Below, in pieces: positions 26,100 through 38,018 of a stretch of 64,000 nt of DNA. The notes under the pieces were generated by a model. It was not told where the DNA came from and ran no database searches. It worked only from the letters and a program-made list of their open reading frames with translations. The translations under genes were made by a program, and so were the position numbers. The DNA is taken from assembly GCA_024679065.1 (NCBI GenBank), contig JAGIQG010000009.1, positions 107,322,001 to 107,386,000 of the forward strand, in the 5' to 3' direction. Every line of letters begins with the position of its first letter. Positions within the stretch are counted from its first letter, which is position 1. This DNA is from Sphyrna mokarran (Eukaryota).

Positions 26100-26425
26100 A
26101 CTCTACAGTACAGAACAAGGCCATTCGGCCCATCACGTCTGCACTACAATCCAACCCAGACCCTACCCCCATATTCCAACATATCTACCCACTAATCCCT
26201 CTAATCTACATATCTCAGAACACAAAGTTGCAATTTTAGCATGGCCAATCAACCTAAACCACACATCTTTGGACTGTGGGAAGAAACAGAAGCACCCAGA
26301 GAAAACCCACACAGACACGAGGAGAATCTGCAAACTCCACACGGACAGTAACCCAAGCAGGGAGTCGAAGCCAGGTCCCTGGAGCTGTGAAGCAGCAGTG
26401 CTAACCACTGTGCTATTGTGTCACC
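26100..26425 (-). mobile_element. HE1/V-SINE-type SINE
   Basis: Full head, core and tail on the minus strand; inserted in the right duplication arm only. Confidence 0.85.
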
Positions 26426-28818
26426 CACCACTGTGATACCATGCTCTCTCTGCTGTGTCTGTCCTTCCGTTGGGACAGAGTGTACCTAATGATGTCAATG
26501 ATGGTGTTTCGGACATTGGCTGTAAGGCATGATTCCATGAGATTGATTATGTCAGGCTGTTCCTTTGCTATTCTGTGGGACAGCTCTGCCAATTTCTGCA
26601 CAGTTCCAGATGCTCGGGCAAGGATTTTAGCAGCTACTATTTCAGTGGGCTGAAATCGTTGCTTGGAGTCACCTATAAAACCATTTACATACGGCAGATG
26701 TCCTCTTCTAAAGTGCATTTGTCAACCGGTTGGGTTCTTAGACAACCCAATAGTTTCACAGCCACCATTGCCGAGACTAGCTGTTGATCCTAGGCTTATA
26801 ATGAATGGAATTTAAGTCAACTAAAAGACATGTTGGGATTTGAGCTTGCATGACCACCACGCCACTCTTCTCTAAAACTCCACACTATGAATTTCGTAAG
26901 ACAGTGGATTTGAGTATGTAAAGAAAGCAGAGTTTGTTTCAGACGAACTTCTGTTTCTTGTCTACTCTGTTTCCAAGCGTTTTGTTCGATATAAACTCTT
27001 GCATCCACAGCCCACTCAGACTCACCTTAATGATTTAGGAACTTTATACAATGATAGAACTGTAAGAATCCCTACAGAAAGACGACATTTGGCACAACTG
27101 CACCAACACGCTCTCCCCAAAAGAGTATCTCACTTCCGTCCGTAACCCCACCCATTTACCATGGCTAATCCATCTAACCTCCACATCTTTGGACAGTAAA
27201 GAACAGTCTTGTACAGCCAATCCACCTCACCTGCAACACTCTGTACTGTGGGCAGAAACTCAAGCAGACACTGACGTATTCATATAAGCAAACATCACAA
27301 CTTGAACATATTTTAAGTGAGAAAGTAGATAAAATATTGAGATAAGGTGATGATTGTGTTCTTTTTCAACAGTTTGTTTCCAAGATTGCAGTGTTGCCTT
27401 TTTAAGAAGCTGGCATTCCTCTTTAACCCCACTTCCCCTAAATTGTTTAGTTAATTGTGAATCTTACTTTGACTTGAGTTCATTTATTCTGGGGAAGTAA
27501 CAGCTTGGTGGTATTAACGCTAGACTATTAATCCAGAAACTCAGCGAATATTGTACGGACCAGAGATCGAATCCCGCCACAGCAGATGGTGGAATTTGAA
27601 TTCAATAAAATTACCTGGAAGTAAGAATCTACTGATAACTTCAGAAATGGCTACTTACTGCCCTCAGAAATGGCCCCTACCGATCCATTCAATTGTATCA
27701 ATTGCTAAGCAGAGCATTTTGGCAGCTCACCATCACCTTCTCAAAGGTTAGTAGGCATAAATGCTAGCCAGCCAGCGACCCCCATGCTGCACACCTGAAG
27801 AAAAAATAAACTTTTCTGTCTATAGTTTAACTCCAGTGATTTGAAAAGACGCCTGACGAGCAATGGGAGGCTGATGTAATTTATGTTACCTTTTTAGATT
27901 ATGTGTTGGTATGTTGTGTTTAGTCTGATTCATTTTATCGAGCGGAAGTGGAACCGTCCAAATCCTGACGGGCTACGAAGTCTGGCGCATGTGCGGCCCC
28001 GAGAATGGCGCATGAGCAGTCGGCAGTTATAGAACCTGGCCATCCTGACTGTCCTGAACAAAGAAGATAAAACTTTTAGAATTGTGACTTCTTTGGAGAG
28101 ATGGCCCTTCATAAATTTGAATGAAATGCCTTGGGACATTCCCTAGATTGATGCCGTTGTCGTTCTCAACTTAATTTAATTTTGCACTAAACCCTTTATT
28201 TATTTTAAATTACTACAACGCGTTACCTGCGACATCCAACAATTATTTTATTAAAGCATCTATTTATATGGTACAAAATTCCATACATTCGTGAGTAGAT
28301 AGCATAAACTTCGTACATTGAAACTATTATGACCTGTCAAATAGCTCAACGTAACAGAAAAACCCTATAAAATATAGTAAAACAGAATCATATTTAATCA
28401 TTCCAAAATGCATGGTCAAACGGCAAACTTGGGACACTATTGGCAAGTTGTTTCGATCATTCTCCATCTCTGAACATCCATGAAAGAATAGGCCAGCTCG
28501 GAAAAAATGGACCTTGCTTTGGGATCAGCAGGAGGCAGAAGTGAGAGAGACACAGAAGTTATCATACTCTTTGACAATATCGTCACCAACAGTTCAGTGA
28601 ATCATATTATTATTCGCCCAAACATTCGATCCGTCAATTGTCTCAACTATTCGAGTTGGATTCTGATTGATGTAGAGAACTCTTTAAGCTGAAATATTCC
28701 AAAAGCGGCCCACAGTCCCTCAGAAGGACTGTTGTTTCGATTTGATTTTGAAGGCGTTGCGGTGTCAATATCAAACACAAACAGAAACATCATGGAAAAT
28801 CTTGGTAGGTCTGACAAA

Positions 28819-29467
28819 TGTCATGCAATTGTACCTTTAAGAAAGTTTTTATTTTACAAAACTCATGCAGCTTATAGCTTCAGCGATGTCATTAGGAAGT
28901 GGAGTTAAGCCGTGGTAGTCAGAGAATAGGGTTTTTAGTTTCGTTTGTGGCAGAGAGGTGATAGCGATATTTTCCTTTATGTTTTCAGTTCGTTTTGGAG
29001 TTTTTGGAGAGCAGTTTAGCAACAAGCTAAGAAGCAGTCTCTTTCAGTAGCTGCTTTCTTTCTTCGTTCTGTTCTGCTGTGTTTTCAGAAACAGATTCGA
29101 TTACAACCTCTTCTGACTTTCTTCATAAGGGATTTTTTAGCATCCAGGAGGTTGGATCCCTGTGACAAGTGGGCATTAACTTATGCTGAATTGTGTTTAT
29201 TTGGAGGGATTTATGTATTGGATTTTGGATTTGATTAGAATACATTAGAGATATTTCCTTATGAGTTATACATTATCCTGGTTGTTGTGTTTCCTGTTTA
29301 TAATTGTTAAAAGTTCTTGCTAATTGTCTTACTATACATGCCAACAATATTCTTGTGGGTCAGTGAAACCTCTCATGCTCATCCTAGCCAAATTCAGCGT
29401 AAAAAAATACAGGTCAGGTGAGCTTCTATAACATCTTGAAGTATTCAACCTGACTTGCAGTATAACA
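28819..29467. mobile_element. Solo-LTR-like insertion
   Basis: TGTCATG...TATAACA termini (TG..CA); absent at the equivalent site (~2140) in the left arm; TSD not evident. Confidence 0.6.
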
Positions 29468-32444
29468 TATATGGAGATACAGAGCCAATTTTTGGAATCA
29501 GGGATATCTAACTCGAAACGTTGGCTCTATTCTCTCTCCTCAGACACTGCCAGACCTGCTGAGATTTTCCAGCATTTTAGTTTTGTGTTTGAAAGCCCAG
29601 CGTCTGCAGTATTTTGCTTTTATCTATAACGGCCACAACATCGCTGGGTGTATTTCATTTTAAATAAGGAAAAATCATAATCAGTCACTCCTCAAAATTA
29701 TAATGCCTTTGTGTTAGTTTGTAGAAACGTTCACTAATTTTAAAGATTATCTCATTATTGACTGGCACAATCTTCATTGGTCAGATATGGATCCATGTGC
29801 TATTGTGTTCCCAACACGACAATAGTTGTTAGGCTGAACAGAAAGCATCCTATTTCCTGTTAGGAAAGGAAAAGTAAAATGTGATTATTTCCGTGGCAGC
29901 TTTCGCAAGTGGTATTGAAGATTACCATTTTGTCATGATTTCAGACCTCGACTTGGGTTTTCAGAATGGCAGGGTTTAACTTCCAGCATCCAAGGAGCCG
30001 GTAGGAACATGTCCCTGCTGATGCTGCCTGTCTGGCTGCCATTTAATTCGCCGACAAACGTTAATTGGGGAGGAAATCCCACCTCAGCGAATTGCCGGCG
30101 ATTTGCAGTCAAAAGCGCCAGAGTCTGCACTGGGCAAAACTGGTACTGCAGGCAACAGAGGCAGCCCCATTCCCGGTGTGCCTTGGAGTTCTGGAGATTT
30201 CGGGCACAAAAAGCAACCTTTCGGATCATCGTGCCTGCGCCGGCTATCAAGCGCCTAATTATTCTAATCTCATGATCCAAAACTTGGTTCGTTGCTTGTG
30301 TATGCTATGGCGTTTCAAATAATTCTTAATTGGTGTGAGGTTCCCTCCTCCACCAACCTTTCAGGCAGTGAGTCCCAAATTCACAGAATTCTTCGGAAAA
30401 TAACGGGCTTTTCGCCAAACCTCCCCTAAATCTCTTTCCCTATTCCTTAAATCTATGCCCCATTTATTGATCACTCTCCTAAGGAGAAAGATTCCTCCTT
30501 ATCCAACTTATTTGTGCCCCTCATAATTTTGTACAACTCGGTCAGGACGCCTCTCAACTTTCTCGGCTCCAAGGGAAACAACCCTAGCCTAACCAACCTC
30601 TCTTCATAGCTGAAGCTCACCAAACCTGCCTACACCCTGTTAACACTTATCTGCACTCACTCTATTACAATCACACCCTTCCGATCGTGTGGCAGCCAGA
30701 ACGGTTCTTCAGCTGTGGCCTACGCCTCAACAAATAAAATGCAAGACCAGGTAAGCATGCTGGCCTCAGGCGAGAGTGAGGATTGTGAATCCCAAATAAG
30801 TGTCTGGAGTTAGGGGACGGTGTCAGTCGTAAGATGGGGGTTAAGATGTCGGGAAGTGGGAGCATCTGGGTCGCCACACCTATTTTGGGAGGCTGGAGGG
30901 GACGCCCTATGGTGAAAGAAGGCTGTTAATGGGGTCCCCACCTCAACCGTTTCCAGGTGGAGTCATTACTGAGTTTGCCCCTTTGCTTCTGGTTGTCTCC
31001 CATCAGACTGAAAATTTATATTTCTAATGTTAACACAAATTACATGAATGGTACAAAGTGGGTCGCTGCAACAGGGAAGTGTGTCCGGGTATACAATGCA
31101 GAATCTTCAGTCTCCCTACAGCAACAATGAAGCTGTAACAACCAACGTGGTGCCAAATCGCCACCAGTATTGATCTTGGTGAATGTACAAAGCTAAACTA
31201 TTTAAGGCATCAAGCAAAGTGCTTCACGTCACATTTGAGGCATTGGTTTTTTTTGGATCTGGCGCATTATTGCTCTGTATTTCAGTTAATCTGGTTTAAC
31301 CGGCCTTGCTCTTGTAAATCCAATTTTGAGTACTCAATTGGCCATTAACAAGAGCACATTCTTTGTCCTCCAATGCAGATCTGTTCTTTAACAGTGTATT
31401 CCTTTCGGTCAGCGTTGATTTAATAGTTCCATCCTTAATGCTGTTCAATTTACCCAGCTTGTCCTCTTTACGGTAAAATGAAACATTTGTAACATGACTA
31501 TTCACCATTTGCTGGTTCCAATCAGCCGTACTGCCATTGCAAAATGCAGACACGTCCCTGTGATGGGCCAGAATGAGACACGAGAGCGGGACACTGAATG
31601 ACTTCTTGATTATAAGATTCAGAAAATTGAGACTGGGTGGGAAACGGCTCAATAATTGGCCAATGAAGGGTCTCAATCAGAGCTAGCCGAGGGCTCGCAC
31701 GCCCTATAGAAGAATTGCCGGAGTGGCTGAGGCCGTGCCACGGCGAGAGCAACGTGACAAATAAGTCTCTGTTTGCTGACTGTAGTGTCTATAGAAAAAT
31801 ATCTATCATATCAAGTATTCTTTATGATAAAGGATAACTAATCGAGCTCCTGACATGTCTCACTTACGCTTACTACACGTGCCATACATTCATACATAGG
31901 AACCTATCCTCTACAAAGAAACTGTTCAAGGCTTGCACCTTTAGTTTGGATACCAGCGAGTTTGCTTCGCCTCAATTTCACGTTGCTTTCTCCATGACAA
32001 CGTTTGGGCCAATTGGAGTCGACTTTCCATCTAATGAGCACTCCTTTTCTCTTGTGACATACATTGCTCGCATTGTTTGAAATTTAGTATTTGCCCGAAT
32101 GAGAGCAAAACAAAAAGCTTCCTCTACTTGCCACTACTCTCAGCAACATTCGCTTAATGAAATCCCATTGATATGGAACAGTTTAGCACAAATGTCTCTG
32201 TTTAGTAGAGACCTACCGTTAGTGGGTGCCAGGAATTATTAAATGCCTTCCTTATATATTAAGGAAAATAACGACTAAGTAAATCATTCTCGGCTTAAAC
32301 TCAGCATCCAGGATGTCTGCATTAAAAATAAATCATTTTAGCGCATAAGGCCCCTCCCCCACCCCTTCCCCCGGAACATCAGTTGAAAGCTGAACGGTAC
32401 AGGGAATCACTACTTTTTCAGATATATATTTGATTGCTTAAGAA

Positions 32445-32504
32445 TTATGGAACATCAAACCTGCGTAACTCGTTGTAAATCTTCACATCGTCCAATTCCA
32501 AACC
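32445..32504 (-). CDS. Gene B cytoplasmic exon 2 (second half of ITAM)
   Basis: ttctattttttaacag|GGT TTG..., phase 0, GLELDDVKIYNELR; then either read-through RFDVP* (TAA 32447-32445) or donor CAG|gtttga at 32461. Confidence 0.82.
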   Translation of the reverse strand, partial: GLELDDVKIYNELRRFDVP

Positions 32505-35500
32505 CTGTTAAAAAATAGAAGAAATCTAATTGTTTTAGACAATTCTGTTTACAAAGGCTTGTTTTAATGCATTCAGGATAGCCTGGCAATGTTCTTTACC
32601 GTGTATGCGGAATCCACTTCAGAGTCAGTTTTATTGTTTGAAGAAACTGTAACGAAGTAATAAACGTGGATAAATAAATAACCAAAGAATCTGTTTTGAA
32701 TTGTAGCTATTGCAATGTTGCTTGATAAGGTTGCCTGTTTTGTGACCTTTCTGCCTATCTTCCCTCTATCTTTCTGTCTACCCACTTAAACAATTGTCTC
32801 TCTGTCTATCTATTTCTCACGATATATATTTCTCCATTATACAAATTCTTGGCTGTTAAATGCGAAATAAATCAGGACATTTCTCAAGACTGAACTATAA
32901 CCCCAACAAAGTGCATACATGACCACTTCCGAACCCACTGATAGACAGACACAGATCTTTCCAGCTGATAATGTGATTGTTATCTTATTGCTAGATTTCC
33001 CGGCTGCACCTGCCCCAAAACCGGAATATCGCGCCGAGATCAATTTGCGTTGTGCCGTCCCACCTGCCACGACTCGCATGATGGGCGGGACGGTAAAATT
33101 CCTCTGAAGTGTTCAACTGGCAATTTTTGTAAAAACCACATTGGAAGTCAAGTTATTCTGCTTATATTGGTATGTGGCATGAAAATATTTATTTTATTAA
33201 ACATGGGGGATTGTTAATGACGACGTTACAACAGAATGGGATATAAAAGTAAAGATATTTAAAATAGCTGTACAGGACCTTGTTGAGACTACATCTGGTG
33301 CATTTTGTTCAGCTTTGGACTCTTTCGAAAAAAATTACAATTGCATTAGATGCTGAGCTCATTCCTGGGAGTAAGGGCATATCTTATGAAGAAAGGTTGA
33401 AGGTTCTATTTACTTAATAGAGTCGATGCAGAGGATGCTTCCTCGTGTTCAGGAAGAAGAAGTAAGGGACAACGTTTAATAAAAAGGGGTCTCCCGTCTA
33501 CGAGGAGAAGAGGAGGATTTATTTAACCTCAGAGATACGTTATCACGTGGAATTCTCATTCCCAGAAAACAGTGAATGCAGGGTCATTGAATCTGAGTTA
33601 AGCAGTTCTTTTTTGCTAGACAGGAGAACATTCGGTTATGGGGAGGCAATCGCGAAAAAAGACCTGAAGCAGCAGTATGACTAATCATGGATCTTATGGA
33701 ATGGTGGAACAAGCTGGAAAGGCCGAGTGATAGACTCCCACATCTAACTCTTTGTTCCAAGATGCTGCCCTCCTTTCAAACACAATGCAGAAGAATACAC
33801 AGTATGTTAGCCAATAAGGAATAAGAAATCTAGTAGAAACTACTTCTCACGAACATAGAGGTAACTATCTACCGAAGTTGCGTATGACAATGATTTAAAG
33901 AAATGACAACACATATATTACCAGTTTTCAGGGGTGGGGACCTTACTTTTTATAAGAATACATACCATTGCGTTTCCATTTTAGTTTGCTTGCTAGTATT
34001 TTAAGTAGCAAGATAATTAACACAACAGCTGGCAAGATTATTGTTCTCAACAGTGTAGATATAAATTCAACCCCGGGGTCTAGGCAATTTGACGTCCTTC
34101 CTGAAAATATGAAAAGAAGACCGTGTTTTTGATTTTATGATCCGGCTAATATTAAGGAGCAAAATAATTGTTTTACACAAGATTGTAGAATACGTTTAGT
34201 AGGATACTGTAACTGTATTTGGAATATTTCTTTTCCACAGACATCGGAACGTCTGTCAGTGACCTATGTTCAACATAGCAGAAGAATTAATTGCACGTCT
34301 AAACTCAAGAACAGGGCTCTGGGACGGCATGGTGACACAATGGTTAGCACTGCTGCCTCACAACGCCAGGGACCCAGATTCGATTCCCGGTTGGGTCACT
34401 GTCTGTGAGGAGTCTGCACGTTTTCCCCGTGTCTGCATGGCTTTCCTCCTGGTGTTTCGCTTTTCTCCCATAGTCCAAAGATATGCAGGCTAGGTGGATT
34501 TGGCAAGCTAAATTGCACTTTGGTGTCAGGAAAACTAGCTAGGATAAATGTATGGGGTTATGGAAAGGGGACTGAGTGGGACTGTGGTTGGCGCAGACTC
34601 GTTGGGCTGAATGACCTTCTTCTACACTGTAGGATTCGATGTACATTGTAAGCTTCAGACATGTTGTAAACAACATGCGGTTTGGTTTTGGATCGCAGTT
34701 TTGTACTTTAATGTCAGTTCCAGCCTGTCAAAACTCCTGACCCCAACACCATTGTAGCGATTTAACTCTGTCGCAACCACTTTCGAGATCTCAGGAAACT
34801 CTCTGCGAGCATCAACAAGTAATCGAGTGCTTTGTCCCATCACGTACAGAATCAAATTGTAGCTTAAACTAGTCCTCGAAAAAAACATGCATTTCGAAAG
34901 TGTCTTAACGTCGTAAATAATGGACTTCATGACATGTAGGCCTGACGGAAAACGTGAGGAGGTAGAATAATATCGCAACATTTAGTCTTTACATCTGAAA
35001 TACTTAGTACTTTAATTAAAATAAACGCATTTCTCTATTTAACTTATGTGTGATACTAGTTTAGGTGTTCGTAGATGTAATCATCATCAAGCAAAGCACC
35101 TAAGTGGAGTTACTGAGGAAACGTGTGTGTTGACTTTCTGAGGGCTTCATCACACCACATAATAATAGCGCCTGAGGCTTCTGTATGAAATCGTGCCATC
35201 CGGTTACTTGATTTGATTTGATTTGATTTATTATTGCCACTTTTATTGGTATGCAGTGTTGTTCCCTGCGCGCCACAAAGACAAAACATACCATATTCAT
35301 AGAATTCATAGGAGAAAAGGAAAGGAGAGGGTGCAGAATATAGTGTTACAGTCATAGCGACGGTGAAGTGAAGAATAACTTACTGACAATAACTTAAAGT
35401 AAGTGTTATACTTGTATCAAGTTAACTTTACGCCATCTTATTTAAGGCACCGGTTTCTCTCCTTCGGTCACTCACGTAGTAATGGTCGGGGCTACTTGTG

Positions 35501-38009
35501 TTACAAGATGCACCTCAATTGATTGCATAAACAGTGTAATAGCAGGTAGTCAATTAATTGCACGGCAGTTAGAGCAGAAAATATTGGATCACAACAATTT
35601 AACTCGTGTAAAATTAGTGCAGTTTCTATCATGAAGCATGTTCATAGGTATTACTTACGTATTACTTCCAGATGGGTGCCATTTCCACTTGTCATTCCTG
35701 ATCCCGTTAAGCTTACATGACAGTAGTATGTATCTGAGTCTTTCTCAATCAACCCAGAGATACGAACATGCATTCTGTTGTTGGAAAATGCTTCGCTGTC
35801 TGATGTCTCCAGCCGATCTTTATAAAATGGGCTCTTGTCCAATCTGTAGCCATCTTGTTTATCCCGTGTCCAATAAGTTGCTCCAATTAGGATTTGGCTT
35901 ACTTCAAATTTCAAGGTACAATTCAGTGTCACCGACTCCCCCTCTACTGCCGTTATAGAGGGAGGGAACTGGTAAACTGTGAAATTTATCCTCCCATCTG
36001 TTGGGAAAAACACTTCAACTGTAAGCGAGATAATTACCAAATTCTAGGTGATACCCACAACTTGGGTTGCTAAGCGTAATTAACATCTGATATTATAAAG
36101 ATGGAAAGAAAATTAATAGAACGACGGTTAGCGGAAACGTCAAGTATATAAGCAGGAAGCGTTTCAAAAATATAGCAAACCAGTCAGAATCTGAAACAGA
36201 ATGCCGGTTATTGTTGGGTTGTGTGCGCAGATTTTTGATCAGACCTACCTTGCATTAAGTTGATCTTTTTCTACACCCTAGCTATCAATGCAATACTACA
36301 TTCTGCACTCTCTCACTTCCTTCTCTATGCTTTTTCTGTATAGCACGGAAGAAACAATACCTTCAACTGTTTACAAATACATATGACAACAATAAATCAA
36401 ATCAAACCAGAAAATCAAATTATTCTTTGGATTAGCTGTCAGGATAATGTTGGGTTGTGTTGTTTGATTGCCGCTAACTGACACTAATCCTCAAAACCCA
36501 ATAACAATATGAATTGGAACTAAATCCCAAAAGCCATTTAAGTACACATGGCAGTAATAGGTGTCTGAGTATTTCTCAGCCAAGTCGGAGATGTTAATGA
36601 ATATTCTGTTGTTAGCAAATGATTGTCTGTCCGATCCCTCCAGCCGACCTTTATAAAATGGGCTCTTGTCCAGTGTCTAACCATCTAGTTTAGTCGCGTC
36701 CAAGGTGGTGATCCGATAAGGGATAGGCTTTCATCAATTTCCAAGGCATAGTTCAGCGTCGCCGACTCCCCCTCTGCTGCCGTTAGAAAGGGAGGAACTG
36801 ATAAACGACGAAATTGAGCTCTCCATCTACTGAAATGGGGGCAAATTAATTTTGAAAAGCTACCCGTTCATTTTTCTGTGGTAAATCCAACTACATTCCT
36901 CATCTATAGACACATAGAATCTATATTCCTCCGGGGTGTGTATAAGGCTTACTGTTTCTCTTGATATCTATGAATCATCTCTAATTATCTGTACTTTGAT
37001 ATGTAGGGCAATTTTTCAAATATAATTTGTAGAACGTGTGAATCTCGAAAATGTAGTAAACAATGGGGAGGATTTCAAGATGTAGTCAGACTGGTAAAAT
37101 TGCAGACTCTTGCAAATACCATGTAATGTAGAGAGGCGTGAAGTCTTACAATTAGTCTGGACGATAAGGAGATTAAATATAAGCAGAATGGAGCTATTTA
37201 CCCAGGGCTGCAGGAACAGAGAGACATGCGGAGTCAAGATCAAGTCAGTCGGAAATTAGTGTTCCAGTAAATGCTTATTTAAATGTGATTTAATTAATCC
37301 TGCATTGTTGTCTTGACAGTGTCACGCCTATATGTCTAAATTTAAGGCGGCTTTTAAATAACACTTTACAATGGAAACACACATACCTAATCCAAACCCA
37401 AGCATTATCCACAATGTGGAATATTCACTGAATTCCATATGATTTCCAGAACCTTAGTGTAAGCTGACTCTGTTGCAGCAACATGAGACGCGATACTTAA
37501 AATAAATGGTTGGTAACCGTTAGTTGAAATTTAAAATGTATGCGAGAAAGGGACTTGTAACCTTCATTAATGATGGGGTTCGAATGAAATGTATCAGCAA
37601 TTTGGCTGCCTGATTTGAGAAAAAATGTTTTTCGTTTCTTTATTTCTGTAGCATCTGATATATATATAATATATATATAAGATATACATATAAACTTGCA
37701 TAAAATTATCTTGCAATTTGTGTAAACCATTTCAGATCAATGGTCAAATCAAGGATGCCGAGTCAATGTATGTAAAAAATGGATCAGCATTACTTTTGAG
37801 GAGAACACAACGTAAGCGAATGTCAACCAAAAAGACAATTTTTTATCCTCTTAAATCATACTAAGAGAGCACTGGCAATCTATAAATTACAGTACAATAT
37901 TGGTCCAAGCGTAATGTCACGATCACCTCACCTTTGGTGAAATAACCTCATAATGTGATAAAGGGAAATCCCAGTAAATAGATATTGAAATAATTGTTGC
38001 ATTTACCAT
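32445..38009 (-). CDS. NCR3-like: Gene B (spliced model): NKp30/NCR3-like VJ-type receptor with charged TM and cytoplasmic ITAM. Exons 38009-38007(?), 37207-37150, 35997-35659, 34100-33966, 32646-32600, 32504-32445 (or to 32461 if spliced onward)
   Basis: Phase-compatible GT-AG exons: M-PWVNSSILLIFNLLIVQTN-YGRINFTVYQFPP...YYCHVSLTGSGMTSGNGTHLEVI-RRTSNCLDPGVEFISTLLRTIILPAVVLIILLLKILASKLKWKRN-VSSNNKTDSEVDSAYT-GLELDDVKIYNELRRFDVP*. Confidence 0.8.
32600..32646 (-). CDS. Gene B cytoplasmic exon 1 (first half of ITAM)
   Basis: tacttcgttacag|...TACACG|gtaaag, 47 nt, phase 1 to 0; VSSNNKTDSEVDSAYT. Confidence 0.82.
33966..34100 (-). CDS. Gene B stalk/TM exon with Arg (and Lys) in the TM
   Basis: cttttcatattttcag|...AATG|gtatgt, 135 nt, phase 1-1; TLLRTIILPAVVLIILLLKIL; stalk Cys. 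Confidence 0.88.
34321..34641 (+). mobile_element. HE1/V-SINE-type SINE in the gene B V-TM intron
   Basis: gggacggcatggtgacacaatggttagcactgctgcctcac...ctgtaggattc. Confidence 0.88.
35659..35997 (-). CDS. NCR3-like: Gene B VJ-type Ig V-set domain exon
   Basis: tttttcccaacag|...ATAC|gtaagt, 339 nt, phase 1-1; GESVTLNC, YW, DSDTYYC and germline-joined J-like GNGTHLEV. Confidence 0.93.
36520..36826 (-). pseudogene. Pseudo-V exon paralogous to the B and C V exons, in the leader-V intron of gene B
   Basis: DGELNFVVYQF / TAAEGESATLNY (Cys to Tyr) / LDKSPFYKGRLEGSDRQSFANNRIFINISDLAEKYSDTYYCHV; two frameshifts, an in-frame TAG, no J-like end or donor. Confidence 0.88.
37150..37207 (-). CDS. Gene B probable leader exon (ATG supplied by an upstream exon)
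   Basis: tctctctgttcctgcag|CCC TGG...AAT T|gtaaga, 58 nt, phase 0 to 1, hydrophobic PWVNSSILLIFNLLIVQTN; candidate ATG|gtaaat at 38009-38007. Confidence 0.55.
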
Positions 38010-38018
38010 ATCTTTCAA

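Larger units (their letters stand above)
22420..31930 (-). repeat. Right arm of the inverted segmental duplication
   Basis: Reverse complement aligns by eye to 1-10700 with many substitutions and arm-specific TE insertions. Confidence 0.9.

Noticed and set aside
29933-30322. Overlapping GC-rich ORFs on both strands
   Set aside because: Insertion specific to the right arm that looks like a decayed dispersed repeat; no splice or domain support.
32342-32389. Possible first half of a second ITAM in gene B (LSTDVPGEGVGEGPYA followed by ctaaaa, a would-be dead donor)
   Set aside because: Phase does not match the upstream donor, there is no GT, and no second-half exon was found.
35651-36040. Rearranging Ig/TCR V gene segments (also 61379-61768)
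   Set aside because: The J-like GxGT strand is germline-joined, there is no heptamer/nonamer and no C-domain exon, and V splices straight to a TM exon. The ORF-track N-termini (MVIISL/MGIISL) are intron sequence.
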